Source of the DNA: Polyangiaceae bacterium
GTDB lineage: Bacteria; Myxococcota_A; Polyangia; Polyangiales; Polyangiaceae
Direction: 5' to 3'
Assembly: GCA_050287085.1 (NCBI GenBank)
Contig: JBNKBE010000001.1
Location: 256,001-320,000, forward strand
DNA: 64,000 nucleotides
Shown one piece after another: positions 1 to 8,899 of the stretch (position 1 is its first letter; every line of letters starts with the position of its first letter). The translations under genes were made by a program, and so were the position numbers. The notes beneath the pieces are model-generated. The model ran no database searches. It saw only the letters and a program-made list of their open reading frames with translations, and was not told the DNA's origin.

Positions 1-945
1 CGCGCTCAGCTCGCGGGCGAAGCCGCTCGGGGCGTACGCTTCAAGAGCCTGAACGGCGCTGAAGACATAACGCGACTCATCACGATCGACCAACGCGCGA
101 TCGGGCGCACCCCTCGCTCCAATCCCAGCACGTATATCAAGGTATTCGACGAAATCCGCCGCTTCTTCGCGGAGCTGCCTGAAGCGCGAGCACGTGGCTT
201 CACGCCCGGACGCTTCTCCTTCAACGTGAAGGGAGGCCGCTGCGAGGCCTGTGAAGGTGACGGCTCCAAGCGCATCGAGATGCACTTTCTACCGGACGTA
301 TTTGTCAGATGTGAGCAGTGTCAGGGTCTGCGCTACAACCAGAGCACTCTCGATGTGCGCTACCGCGGCCGCAGCATCGCCGATGTGCTCGAACTCACCG
401 TGGCCGAAGCGCTTGAGCTCTTTGCGACACACCCGAAGCTCCGAGGACCCCTCACTCTGCTGATGGAAGTGGGCCTCGACTACGTCAAGCTCGGTCAACC
501 CTCCCCCACCCTTTCCGGCGGTGAGGCGCAGCGTATCAAGCTCGCCAAGGAGCTTTCGAAGAGACCGAACGGACACACTTTCTACGTCTTGGACGAACCG
601 ACAACGGGACTGCACTTCGACGACATCCGACGTCTCATGGCCGTGTTGCATCGTCTAGTCGACGCCGGAAACACGGTGCTGGTGATCGAACACAACTTGG
701 ACGTCATCCGCTGCGCGGACTGGGTCATCGATCTGGGACCCGAAGGAGGTCCGCTGGGCGGTGAGATCATCGCCACAGGTCCTCCCGAAGAGGTCGCGCG
801 AGTAGAGCACTCCCATACCGGGCGGTTCCTGGCTCAAGCCCTAAGACGCCACCCGCGAGGCGAATCAGAGAAGGCGAGCACGCCGCGGCGCGCCTCGCCC
901 CGACGTTCACGCCGCTCAGCGTCGGCGGCGGACGACCGAGTCTGA
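1..945 (+). CDS. uvrA: Excinuclease ABC subunit A, C-terminal part (5'-truncated by window edge)
   Basis: Frame 1 is open from base 1: [34 protein letters not shown] zinc finger, [12 protein letters not shown] signature, [11 protein letters not shown]alker B, VIEHNLD. Confidence 0.97.
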   Translation, partial: RAQLAGEAARGVRFKSLNGAEDITRLITIDQRAIGRTPRSNPSTYIKVFDEIRRFFAELPEARARGFTPGRFSFNVKGGRCEACEGDGSKRIEMHFLPDVFVRCEQCQGLRYNQSTLDVRYRGRSIADVLELTVAEALELFATHPKLRGPLTLLMEVGLDYVKLGQPSPTLSGGEAQRIKLAKELSKRPNGHTFYVLDEPTTGLHFDDIRRLMAVLHRLVDAGNTVLVIEHNLDVIRCADWVIDLGPEGGPLGGEIIATGPPEEVARVEHSHTGRFLAQALRRHPRGESEKASTPRRASPRRSRRSASAADDRV

Positions 946-2310
946 GGCGAAAGATGCGTGCGGAGCGGGAGACGCAGCCGGTAACGCCGACGGTCCGGAT
1001 CCGTTTGCACTCGCTACCCCAGGCCTCGCTGGTTCGGGGCGCTCGGTTTCAGCGCCCGCGGTTCCAGCGCCCGCGGCCGGCTCAGAGCCAGCGCCGCTGG
1101 CGGCTCGCGTCGCTGCCTCCGGCTCGACCACAGAAGGCGAACCGAAGCGCGCGCCCAACAGGTCTGCAAAGGTTCCGAGGCTCCCTGCACGGGCGTCGCT
1201 CTTGGTGAATTCCCGGTAGTTCTGCCGTTCTTCGACGCCCGCGACGCGACCGATACTAAACGTCAGCTTTCCCGCATCGCCGCGCACCAAGGTCACAACA
1301 CGCACCTCCTGCCCCACCTCGAAAGCGCGCCGCGCGTCGGTCCCGCGGGCAAGACCCAACTCCTTGTTGGGAACCAAGCCCGTGCCATCAGCGGTATCGA
1401 CAAAGACGCCGAAGGACTCGATGCGCCCAACGGTCCCGGTCAGCACTTTTCCGGGCTCCGGTCCAGACGCCGCAGGGGCATCCACCAACGCCTTCATGGA
1501 CAGCCGCAGCTTGGGAAAAGGTCCCTTCTCCGCGGGCTCCATCGCTAGCACGCGGACCCGGATCCTCTCGCCGACGCTCACCATGTCTTCCGCGCGATCA
1601 ACCCGTCCGTGTGCCATCTCCGAGATATGGATCAGTCCTTCGACGCCTCCACCAAGGTCGACGAACGCGCCATACTTCTGCACGGACACAACCGAACCTT
1701 CGTAGTCGCCCCCAACATTCAGCGTGTCGAGGATAGCGCGTCCCTGCTCGGCACGTTCCTTCTCGAGCAGCGCCTTGCGGCTGAGCACGATCGAGCGGGC
1801 GTCTTTGATCTCCAAGATCAAGAATGGAAATGTGCGCCCGACAAGCCCGTCCAGCTCCTTGACGTAGCCGAGCTCCACTTGGGAAGCAGGACAGAAGGCT
1901 CGAATCCCAGCTACCTGAACCTCGACGCCCCCCTTGGTCACCGCCGAGATGGTCCCTTCGACAGGAAGCCCCGCCTCTTTGGCGCGCTGAAGCGAATCCG
2001 TATCGACCGCCCCGCGTTGACCGCGCCCAAGGGCCGTGCTGAGCACCGGTCCCGTCAAGTCGTCGACGCGCACGACGCTCGCCCGCACGGGGTCGCCGAC
2101 CTTGAGTTGTAGCTGCCCGGCCTTGTCTTCGAACTCTGCACGGTCAATCCGCGCCTCGATCGTTGCCCCTACGTCAACGAAAATCGAATCCCGACCAATC
2201 TGGACGACGGTGCCGTCCACGACCTGGCCGCTCTTGAGCTTGCGATTGGTCCTTCCTGTCGAGCCAGGAGAACCGCCTTCCATCAACGAAGCAAAGTCCA
2301 TCGGTGCCAT
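916..2310 (-). CDS. S1 RNA-binding domain protein (RpsA-like, 4 S1 repeats plus low-complexity tail)
   Basis: Repeated S1 motifs ([44 protein letters not shown]), SLGTFADLL motif, then an Ala/Pro/Ser-rich tail. Confidence 0.88.
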   Translation of the reverse strand: MAPMDFASLMEGGSPGSTGRTNRKLKSGQVVDGTVVQIGRDSIFVDVGATIEARIDRAEFEDKAGQLQLKVGDPVRASVVRVDDLTGPVLSTALGRGQRGAVDTDSLQRAKEAGLPVEGTISAVTKGGVEVQVAGIRAFCPASQVELGYVKELDGLVGRTFPFLILEIKDARSIVLSRKALLEKERAEQGRAILDTLNVGGDYEGSVVSVQKYGAFVDLGGGVEGLIHISEMAHGRVDRAEDMVSVGERIRVRVLAMEPAEKGPFPKLRLSMKALVDAPAASGPEPGKVLTGTVGRIESFGVFVDTADGTGLVPNKELGLARGTDARRAFEVGQEVRVVTLVRGDAGKLTFSIGRVAGVEERQNYREFTKSDARAGSLGTFADLLGARFGSPSVVEPEAATRAASGAGSEPAAGAGTAGAETERPEPARPGVASANGSGPSALPAASPAPHASFASDSVVRRRR

Positions 2311-2403
2311 TGCGCATCGCTCTTAGGCCCGTGTACGGCGGGAGACAAGCGCAATCGTGGACCCGGGCCACGGCACTGCGCATTTGGCGCCCCCACCCCC
2401 CTT

Positions 2404-2760
2404 TCACAAGCGCACGAGCTCAACGAGCGCTGCCCCGAGCGCCACCGCTAGCACCGAAATGACGGGGGTACCCCCACCGGCACGCTCCAAGGCCGAAGCC
2501 GCCAAGAGTTGCCGAGAGAGAGGTTCGAGTTCTGCGCTGTCGAACCAAGCGAGGAGCTCAGTTCGGGAGACGCAAAAGACATTGAGCTCGTCATCAAGCC
2601 CGTAGTGCTCACAAATCTGAGCGCCCAGACTGTCGGCGCGGTCTACCAGCAGAACAACAGAGTCGTCACCGGCGGCGCATAGGTCGTCGTATGCGCACGC
2701 AATCTCGTGAGCGTGTTCCCTGATGAGTTGACGCAACGACGCCGACTGCGCTTGAGCCAT
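2404..2760 (-). CDS. Hypothetical protein downstream of flagellin
   Basis: Open frame with protein-like composition; ATG at 2760 preferred over the ORF-track start at 2778. Confidence 0.55.
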   Translation of the reverse strand: MAQAQSASLRQLIREHAHEIACAYDDLCAAGDDSVVLLVDRADSLGAQICEHYGLDDELNVFCVSRTELLAWFDSAELEPLSRQLLAASALERAGGGTPVISVLAVALGAALVELVRL

Positions 2761-2799
2761 CGGGCAAGCCAAGCACAATCGGCGCGATTGACCACGAAG

Positions 2800-2862
2800 A
2801 AAAAACGGCCCACGCGAGCCAACGCCTCAATTGGCCGATCGAAGCGTCGACCCGCGTGGTCC
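2800..2862 (-). terminator. Rho-independent terminator of flagellin (long stem with G-U pairs, T6 tail)
   Basis: Minus strand CCACGCGGGTCGACGCTTCGAT pairs with ATTGAGGCGTTGGCTCGCGTGG (22 bp) and is followed by GCCGTTTTTT, just after the fliC stop. Confidence 0.8.
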
Positions 2863-2870
2863 ACGTTCGG

Positions 2871-3695
2871 TTACCCGATCAAACCGAACGCCAGCTGAGG
2901 CAGCTGATTAGCTTGAGCCAGCACAGAGACGCCCGCTTGCGTCAGTACCTGGTTGCGAGACATCTTGGAGGTCTCTTCAGCGACGTCCACGTCGCGAATG
3001 CGGCTGTTCGCCGCGGAAATATTGAGACGCATGGTCTGAATATTGCTCGTCGCAACCTCGAGTCGGTTCATCGCGGAACCAAAGTTGGAACGCGCAGTAG
3101 AAACCGATGTGATAGCGTCGTCGATCACCGAAAGCGACGCGAGCGCGTTGTCCGCAGTAGCGCCGTCGACCGATGCTCCGGTAGCCCCGGAGAGGTCCAG
3201 ACCACCAAAGCTAATTGTGATCTGATCCGCAGCGTCGTTGTTCAGCCCAACCTGCAAAGTGATGTCGCTGGCATCCGCCGCGACCAACTCCTTGCCATTG
3301 AACTTCGCCGAGTCCTGGATACGACCGATTTCTGCCTGAAGCAGACCAAACTCGGTCTGGAGGAAGGAACGATCGGTCTCGGTTAGACTGCCGTTCGACG
3401 ACTGAACGCCCAACTCACGCATACGCCCCAAGATGCCGTGGATTTCGCCGAGCGCGCCCTCCGCGGTTTGGGACATCGAGATGCCATCCGCCGCGTTGCG
3501 CTCCGCAACGGTGAACGAACGGATCTGCGACTTCATGCCTTCGCTGATCGCCAAGCCCGCCGCATCGTCGGATGCCGAGTTGATGCGGTAGCCGCTCGAG
3601 AGCCGGTTGAAGCTCTTCTGCAGGTTGGCCTGATTGGTCATCAGGTTCTTTTGCGCTTCCATAGAAGCGGTATTGGTTTGGATAAATAGTGCCAC
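2871..3695 (-). CDS. fliC: Flagellin (274 aa, essentially D0/D1 only)
   Basis: RLSSGYRINSASDDAAGLAIS, QTAEGAL, RMRELGVQSSNG, SRIRDVDVAEE, QAGVSVLAQANQLPQ; GTG start at 3695 preceded by AAGGAG (the ORF track over-extends to 3947). Confidence 0.97.
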   Translation of the reverse strand: MALFIQTNTASMEAQKNLMTNQANLQKSFNRLSSGYRINSASDDAAGLAISEGMKSQIRSFTVAERNAADGISMSQTAEGALGEIHGILGRMRELGVQSSNGSLTETDRSFLQTEFGLLQAEIGRIQDSAKFNGKELVAADASDITLQVGLNNDAADQITISFGGLDLSGATGASVDGATADNALASLSVIDDAITSVSTARSNFGSAMNRLEVATSNIQTMRLNISAANSRIRDVDVAEETSKMSRNQVLTQAGVSVLAQANQLPQLAFGLIG

Positions 3696-3701
3696 TTTGA
3701 G

Positions 3702-3758
3702 TCTCCTTCCTTGGAGAAAGATCACAACCCGAAGGTCGCGAAGGGCATCATTGCCCTC
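3702..3758 (-). promoter_or_regulatory. Structured flagellin 5' UTR: three hairpins, the last with a GGA-containing loop and occluding the RBS (CsrA-like site)
   Basis: Minus strand GAGGGCA-ATGA-TGCCCTT; CGCGACC-TTCG-GGTTGTG; TCTCC-AAGGAA-GGAGA. Confidence 0.6.
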
Positions 3759-3767
3759 CACCCAAGT

Positions 3768-3794
3768 CGAACGGAGAGGAGGGGCGCGGCTAAA
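3768..3794 (-). promoter_or_regulatory. Putative sigma28/FliA-type promoter of fliC
   Basis: Minus strand TTTAG-N14-TCCGTTCG; same spacing as four other sites in the region. Confidence 0.45.
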
Positions 3795-3915
3795 ACGAAT
3801 TGTGACAGCCCCTCCCGACGTGCGGCACTGTCGTTCCACTTGGGCACGCGCGGAACCGATAACCCGACCACAAGAGAACATTGACAGCTCGTCCGCCGGC
3901 TCATAAGAGCGCGTC

Positions 3916-4578
3916 ATGCCAGCGTTTACTTGTGGGAGTTGCGGCAAAGATTTCGAGGTCGCTCAGGCGTCACTCGACAAGTACCCGGGCTGGACACCCA
4001 AGAAATGCCTCAAGTGCAAAGGCGGAAACACGTCCGGCAAGCGCTCGGCAAGCGCTGGTACCCAGCGCACAGCGTCGCGCGGTCGCAGCCTGCAGGAGGA
4101 AAATCTGACGCTCGCCGAGGTACTGGCCAAGTACGATGGCGGGCCGGAGTCGGGCGTGTTCACCGACGGCGCGTCACATCCAAACCCGGGCCCGGGTGGG
4201 TGGGGCGCGGTCTATGTAGTCGATGGGCAAGTGAAGGCGCAAAGCTACGGTCACGAACCCGATACCACGAACAACCGGATGGAGCTGACCGCCCTGATTG
4301 AAGGCTGCAAGTTGGTACCCCCGGGCGAATCAGCGACGGTATGGTCCGACAGTCAGTTGTGCGTCAATACGCTGACGCAATGGGCCGCAGGCTGGAAGCG
4401 CAACGGTTGGAAGAGAAAAGGCGGCGAAATCAAGAACCTGCCGCTAGTACAAGAAGCCTACGCGCTGTACAGCGCTCGACCAGAGCTGACAGTGCGATGG
4501 ATTAACGCGCACTCGGGAAACCGGTGGAATGAATACGCGGATGCTCTCGCCACCGCATACCGGCGCCCCAAGTTGTAG
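3916..4578 (+). CDS. rnhA: Ribonuclease HI with N-terminal zinc-ribbon domain
   Basis: FTDGASHPNPGPGGWGA, TTNNRMEL, WSDSQL, WINAHSGNRWNEYADALA; N-terminal CGSC...CLKC. Confidence 0.92.
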   Translation: MPAFTCGSCGKDFEVAQASLDKYPGWTPKKCLKCKGGNTSGKRSASAGTQRTASRGRSLQEENLTLAEVLAKYDGGPESGVFTDGASHPNPGPGGWGAVYVVDGQVKAQSYGHEPDTTNNRMELTALIEGCKLVPPGESATVWSDSQLCVNTLTQWAAGWKRNGWKRKGGEIKNLPLVQEAYALYSARPELTVRWINAHSGNRWNEYADALATAYRRPKL

Positions 4579-4616
4579 CGCGCGGTAAACACCGGCTCGA
4601 ACGGACGCCAACGTAT

Positions 4617-4639
4617 GACCCCTGGCGCGGCCGGGGGTC
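4617..4639 (+). terminator. Hairpin after rnhA (possible terminator)
   Basis: GACCCCTGGC-GCG-GCCGGGGGTC inverted repeat; weak T tail. Confidence 0.4.
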
Positions 4640-4841
4640 TTCCTCGTCCCAGTACCCACACTCGTCCCGAAAGGGTCACAACACCCTCTGCCCAAGAGAT
4701 CGGCCGCAGGAAAACAGTGCTGGCATCCGCGCCGAGCGGCGTTCAAACTACGGTTTGACCCGCCGCCAGTAGCGTCGCCGCCACATCGGCCGAGGAGCAG
4801 AGCAGGCCCACGCCTCCGCACTGGGCCACACCTCAAGACCC

Positions 4842-5780
4842 ATGACAACAAAGGACCGCGCAGCACGACAAGCCGGTGACGAGTTCGAAGACGAGTCCAC
4901 CGCGGTGTACACCCTTGCCGACATCAAGTCGTCGGCAATTCCTCCGGCCGCGCGCCACGTGCTGGTTCATATGGACGGGGCCGACGTCGGGAGGGTTGTA
5001 GCCCTGAGTGCTCGCGCTGAGTTCGTCATCGGACGCCGGCCGGACTGCGATTTGCAGCTTTGCTACGAAGGCGTGAGCCGCCGACACGCACGAGTCCTAT
5101 TTCGGCAAGACGAGTACATCATAGAAGATCTCGGCTCTGCCAACGGCACGCGCATCAACGGTCAAGCCATCACCCTTCATACGTTGCAGGATGGCGACGT
5201 ATTGCGCTTCGGACCGTCGGTGAGCGTTCGCTACTCCGTCACCGACACCAAGGAAGAGGACCTGCTCCGCAAGATGTATGCGGCGACGGTCACAGACTCG
5301 CTGACGGGCGCCCACAACCGCGAGTACATGGACGAGCAGCTACGCCTGGAGTTGGACCACTACCAACGCAAAGGGCAGCCGCTAACGCTGTCGCTGCTGG
5401 ACCTCGATCATTTCAAACGCGTCAACGATCGGTTTGGCCACCAGGCCGGTGATGCCGTCCTGGTCGAGGTGGTTTCGCGACTGCGAAGCGCACTCAGTGG
5501 CGGCGAAACTCTCGCCCGCTACGGGGGTGAGGAATTTGCCGTCATCCACCGTGGCAAGACGCTGCAACAGGCGACGGCGCAGGCGGAAGAATTTCGACGC
5601 CGCTGCGACTGCAGCATCGGATTTCGCGATCGCCTGATCCCCATCTCCGTCAGCGTAGGCTGCGCCGCGCCGGAGGAGCTCTCGGAGGCCACGAGCAGCA
5701 ATCTGATCGCGCTTGCGGACGAGCGCCTCTACCGCGCGAAACGTAGCGGACGCAATCGAGTCGTCAACGGCGGCGTGTAG
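4842..5780 (+). CDS. FHA-GGDEF diguanylate cyclase
   Basis: FHA motifs IGRRPDCD, VSRRHA, DLGSANGT; DLDHFKRVNDRFGHQAGD, RYGGEEF; no RxxD I-site. Confidence 0.93.
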   Translation: MTTKDRAARQAGDEFEDESTAVYTLADIKSSAIPPAARHVLVHMDGADVGRVVALSARAEFVIGRRPDCDLQLCYEGVSRRHARVLFRQDEYIIEDLGSANGTRINGQAITLHTLQDGDVLRFGPSVSVRYSVTDTKEEDLLRKMYAATVTDSLTGAHNREYMDEQLRLELDHYQRKGQPLTLSLLDLDHFKRVNDRFGHQAGDAVLVEVVSRLRSALSGGETLARYGGEEFAVIHRGKTLQQATAQAEEFRRRCDCSIGFRDRLIPISVSVGCAAPEELSEATSSNLIALADERLYRAKRSGRNRVVNGGV

Positions 5781-5897
5781 CGCGCTCAGCATTCGGCGTG
5801 GGCCGGCCCCTGCGCTTCACCGGGTCGAGCCCCGTCCCACAGCTCTCTCTTTCAATTGGAGACTATACCCGCTATGTGAACGTCGGACGTTCACGCC

Positions 5898-6785
5898 ATG
5901 GCAAGAATCTATCATTACCAACTGGTTGACGTTTTCTCAGAAGCCTCGTTTTGCGGAAATCCGCTCGCCGTCTTCACCGACGCCGAGGGGTTGGACGAGG
6001 CGACGATGCAGAAGATCGCCCGCGAACTGAATCTGTCTGAGACGACCTTCGTTTTTCCCTCGGCGAAGGCTAGCTGCGACTATGCGGTGCGCATCTTCAC
6101 CCCCACGTCCGAGCTCAACGTCGCCGGGCATCCAACGATTGGCACCGCCTTCGCTTTGGCCCATGTGTCAAAACTGCGGGAAGAGCAGCGGGTAGTCTTC
6201 GATGAGGGCGTGGGTCCGGTATCGGTCACCATGGTTTCGCCCATGACGACGATGCAACAAGCATTGCCTGAGTTCGGCGAGAAGTTTCTCGACCTCGACG
6301 CGGCCGTCGCCATGTTGTCGTTGAACCGCTCCGACCTGCTGCCCCACGTGCCCGTACAGGCCGTCAGCAGTGGCGTGCCTTACACGCTGATTCCCCTGCG
6401 CTCCATCGATACGCTCGGACGTATTCAGTTCCGCAACGACATTTGGCGGCGGACGCTAGCGCGGACCCACGCCTCCAATATCGTGGCCTTCACGCTCGAT
6501 GCGCGCAGGCCCGCTGACGCCCAATCGCGAGTATTTGCCCCATCGCTGGGCGTGGCAGAAGATCCCGCGACGGGGAGCGCGGGAGGCGCCCTTGGCTCCT
6601 ACCTCGTCAAACACGGACTGATCGAAGGCACGGAGCAGACCCATATCGTGATCGCACAGGGCGTGGAAATGGGACGCCCCAGCCAAGTGCATGTCGTGCT
6701 CAACGCCAAAGGCGGAGAGATCAAGTCCCTCCGCGTCGGGGGTCAGTGCGTCTGGGCAGGGCGCGGCGAACTACACGTCCCCTGA
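5898..6785 (+). CDS. PhzF-family epimerase/isomerase
   Basis: VDVFS..FCGNPLAV, MQKIARELNLSETTFV, RIFTPTSEL..AGHPTIG, EDPATGSA, QGVEMGRPS. Confidence 0.92.
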   Translation: MARIYHYQLVDVFSEASFCGNPLAVFTDAEGLDEATMQKIARELNLSETTFVFPSAKASCDYAVRIFTPTSELNVAGHPTIGTAFALAHVSKLREEQRVVFDEGVGPVSVTMVSPMTTMQQALPEFGEKFLDLDAAVAMLSLNRSDLLPHVPVQAVSSGVPYTLIPLRSIDTLGRIQFRNDIWRRTLARTHASNIVAFTLDARRPADAQSRVFAPSLGVAEDPATGSAGGALGSYLVKHGLIEGTEQTHIVIAQGVEMGRPSQVHVVLNAKGGEIKSLRVGGQCVWAGRGELHVP

Positions 6786-6864
6786 GGGCCCGCGGATGGG
6801 AAAGCCATACTACGCCGCCCCTTCCTCTTGCTGCGGCGGGCGGGCTCGTCCCCGCGGGCGCTGA
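6782..6864 (+). repeat. Dispersed MITE/REP-like element, copy A
   Basis: 57/69 identity by manual alignment to the reverse complement of 11680-11748; TGA|GGGCCCGCGGA...CCCGCGGGCGC|TGA gives an imperfect terminal inverted repeat with TGA on both flanks. Confidence 0.65.
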
Positions 6865-6934
6865 GCTCTTCAGCGCCGCCGCTTGCACAAAAGGGGGGGT
6901 AGTGACTGGCCGAGTCCCGGCGGCGGGCTGCGCG

Positions 6935-7024
6935 CCAGCTAGCCTAGTGAACCCAGCTAGCCTAGTGAACCCAGCTAGCCTAGTGAACCCAGCTAGCCTA
7001 GTGAACCCAGCTAGCCTAGTGAAC
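6935..7024. repeat. Perfect tandem repeat, 5 x 18 bp (CCAGCTAGCCTAGTGAAC)
   Basis: Read directly; intergenic between convergent genes. Confidence 0.97.
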
Positions 7025-7038
7025 AAGTAGGGCGACCG

Positions 7039-7638
7039 CTAGCGCGCGCGACGCACCAAACCCGCGAGGGCGCGGGCGCTGGGCAATTCAGCCTTGGAAA
7101 GCCACGCGCGCAGTAGCTCGATCACCTCGCCATCCCACAACGGCGATAACCGCACGGTGAGAAACTCTTCGTATTGCTCATCCAGCAAGGTGAACAACAA
7201 CTCCAGCAGGCGCAGCCGTTCGAGATATGCCTCATGACTGTCGTCGTTGATGACCTGTGGTAGCTTGACCGCGGCAAGCGAATAGGTCGGCGCGTCAAAC
7301 GTAAAAGAAAACTCTTGCCCCTCGTACGTGATGGTGATTCGCGCGCGCACCGGCCACTTGTTTTGCGAGAGCGAAAGCTTGGCTTCGGGCGTCGCCGTGG
7401 GTGCAACCCCCCGAAACACGATCCGCTCGGCGGCGTCCGACATGCTGCGGAGTTCGAGGGACGAGTCGAGCCACAGCTCCATCGGGCTGCCATCAGCCCG
7501 CTTGATCGTAGCTTCCAGCGCTTCGGCCTTGAACCACAACCAGGCGAGAAACTCCGTGCCTAGAAAGCGCGTGGTCTCCACCCGCTCCACGAGTTCGGGC
7601 TCATGCTCGCTCGAAACTGAGGGCGCTTCACTCTCCAC
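7039..7638 (-). CDS. Conserved hypothetical protein, partner of the RdgC-like gene
   Basis: RFLGTEFLAWLWF motif recalled from deltaproteobacterial proteins that follow RdgC-like genes; GTG start overlaps the upstream gene end. Confidence 0.65.
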   Translation of the reverse strand: MESEAPSVSSEHEPELVERVETTRFLGTEFLAWLWFKAEALEATIKRADGSPMELWLDSSLELRSMSDAAERIVFRGVAPTATPEAKLSLSQNKWPVRARITITYEGQEFSFTFDAPTYSLAAVKLPQVINDDSHEAYLERLRLLELLFTLLDEQYEEFLTVRLSPLWDGEVIELLRAWLSKAELPSARALAGLVRRAR

Positions 7639-8263
7639 GTTCGGTCTCCTTGCTCGTTTGAACCGACGACTGCTCGATCTGCGATGCCCCTTCCAAGCGA
7701 GGCGCCGGGACAAGCTCGCGCGCCACGATGAAAGGACTCGCTTCGTGCAGCGTCAGACTGAACGTCTGCTCAAATAGCTGAGTCAGATCTTCCTTGGCTC
7801 GCGCCGAACGGTTCCAGAACCACAACACACCACTGTCGACGAGCCACACCACGTCGGAATGACGGGTGGTCGGTATCAGCTTGCGTTTCAGCTTGCGCGT
7901 GATGCGAAACTTGAGTTCATCCTTCTCCCGCTTGGTGAGCTTCTCGCGCCCGGTCTGGGCTAACTTCAAGGTCTTGGCCTCGTTGAAGTGCGCATTGAAG
8001 AGCGCCCGCGGAATACTCCATTTGTCGACGCGAAAGCCAAGCGTGACTGCCGTCTCAGAGAAGAGCTTCTGTGCGCTCAGATCAAGGTCCAGGGCGTCGC
8101 CGGGCACACACCACCCCACCCGCTCTTCTTCCTCGCAATCGGCGGTTAACGGCTGCATCGCACGCAGCCGGATGCTCTTGAGAAAGCGGTCCTGGTAGCG
8201 CGCGGGCAACTCCCCTTGCACGAAGAAGCGACTGATGGTGATCGAGCCCGAAATTGCACCCAC
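7628..8263 (-). CDS. RdgC-like (recombination-associated) protein, short form
   Basis: VGAISGSITISRFFVQG, EEERVGWC, LGFRVDKWSIP, KREKDELKFRITRKL, LFEQTFSLTL; GTG start at 8263. Confidence 0.6.
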   Translation of the reverse strand: MGAISGSITISRFFVQGELPARYQDRFLKSIRLRAMQPLTADCEEEERVGWCVPGDALDLDLSAQKLFSETAVTLGFRVDKWSIPRALFNAHFNEAKTLKLAQTGREKLTKREKDELKFRITRKLKRKLIPTTRHSDVVWLVDSGVLWFWNRSARAKEDLTQLFEQTFSLTLHEASPFIVARELVPAPRLEGASQIEQSSVQTSKETERGE

Positions 8264-8430
8264 GAGCTGTCGTCTACTGGTGACCCTCTCGGGGGTCAAC
8301 CCGGAAGCCCACGACCGCGTGGCCGCCCGCATCGTCGCCCCTGCGCGCCGGCCAGCCCACATGGGTACCCCCGTCCGTGATCCGGCGCGCCGCTGGACGA
8401 GGACGGTCGCCTCAATCGCGCTCGGCGCCT

Positions 8431-8457
8431 TAAAGTCACGTAGGCGTCCGCCGTTAC
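8431..8457 (+). promoter_or_regulatory. sigma28/FliA-type promoter of cheY
   Basis: TAAAG-N14-GCCGTTAC, close to the TAAA-N15-GCCGATAA consensus; ATG lies 7 nt after the -10 box. Confidence 0.7.
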
Positions 8458-8464
8458 TGACATC

Positions 8465-8824
8465 ATGCGAATACTTGTAGTCGACGACAGTCGGGCCATG
8501 CGCATGATCGTCAAACGCACCTTGCGCCAAGCCGGCTATGGCAACCACACCGTCGAAGAGGCCGAAGACGGCAAAGTGGCGCTGGACATGATCCGAGCAA
8601 ACCCGCCGGACTTGGTCCTAACCGACTGGAATATGCCCAACATGACCGGGCTTGAGTTGCTCGAGGCACTCAGGGGCGGACCCAAGGTCAAGGTGGGCAT
8701 GGTCACCACGGAAAGCACCGCCGAGATGCGGGCCAAAGCCACCGAAGCCGGCGCGCTCTTTCTCATCACGAAGCCTTTCACTGCCGATTCCTTCAAGGCG
8801 GCGCTCGACCCGGTGATGCAGTAG
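8465..8824 (+). CDS. cheY: CheY-like single-domain response regulator
   Basis: ILVVDDSRAMR, LVLTDWNMPNMTGLELL, MVTTE, ITKPF. Confidence 0.9.
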   Translation: MRILVVDDSRAMRMIVKRTLRQAGYGNHTVEEAEDGKVALDMIRANPPDLVLTDWNMPNMTGLELLEALRGGPKVKVGMVTTESTAEMRAKATEAGALFLITKPFTADSFKAALDPVMQ

Positions 8825-8899
8825 CCGCTCCGACCGGCAAGCGCCCTCATGACGGCGTCGCTTCCGGTCCTCGATTGGCTGTAGGGTACGTTCATACCT

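Noticed and set aside
3825..3838. sigma54-like TGGAACG...TGC upstream of fliC
   Set aside because: GG-to-GC spacing is 9 nt, not the required 10
3696..3947. 84-aa N-terminal extension of flagellin in the ORF track
   Set aside because: Flagellin homology and the RBS place the start at GTG 3695; the extension would overlap rnhA
4742..4770. Additional sigma28-like sites before the FHA-GGDEF gene (TCAAA-N14-GCCGCCAG) and before the DGC at 11064
   Set aside because: Only one half-site matches in each case; too weak in GC-rich DNA
5898..6785. Phenazine biosynthesis cluster
   Set aside because: Only a lone PhzF-family gene; no phzA/B/D/E/G nearby
6935..7024. 18-bp repeats as a CRISPR array
   Set aside because: Units are directly adjacent with no spacers, and there are no cas genes
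6721..7030. ORFs FTRLAG(n) and ASLVNP(n) on both strands
   Set aside because: By-products of an in-frame 18-bp tandem repeat in an intergenic region
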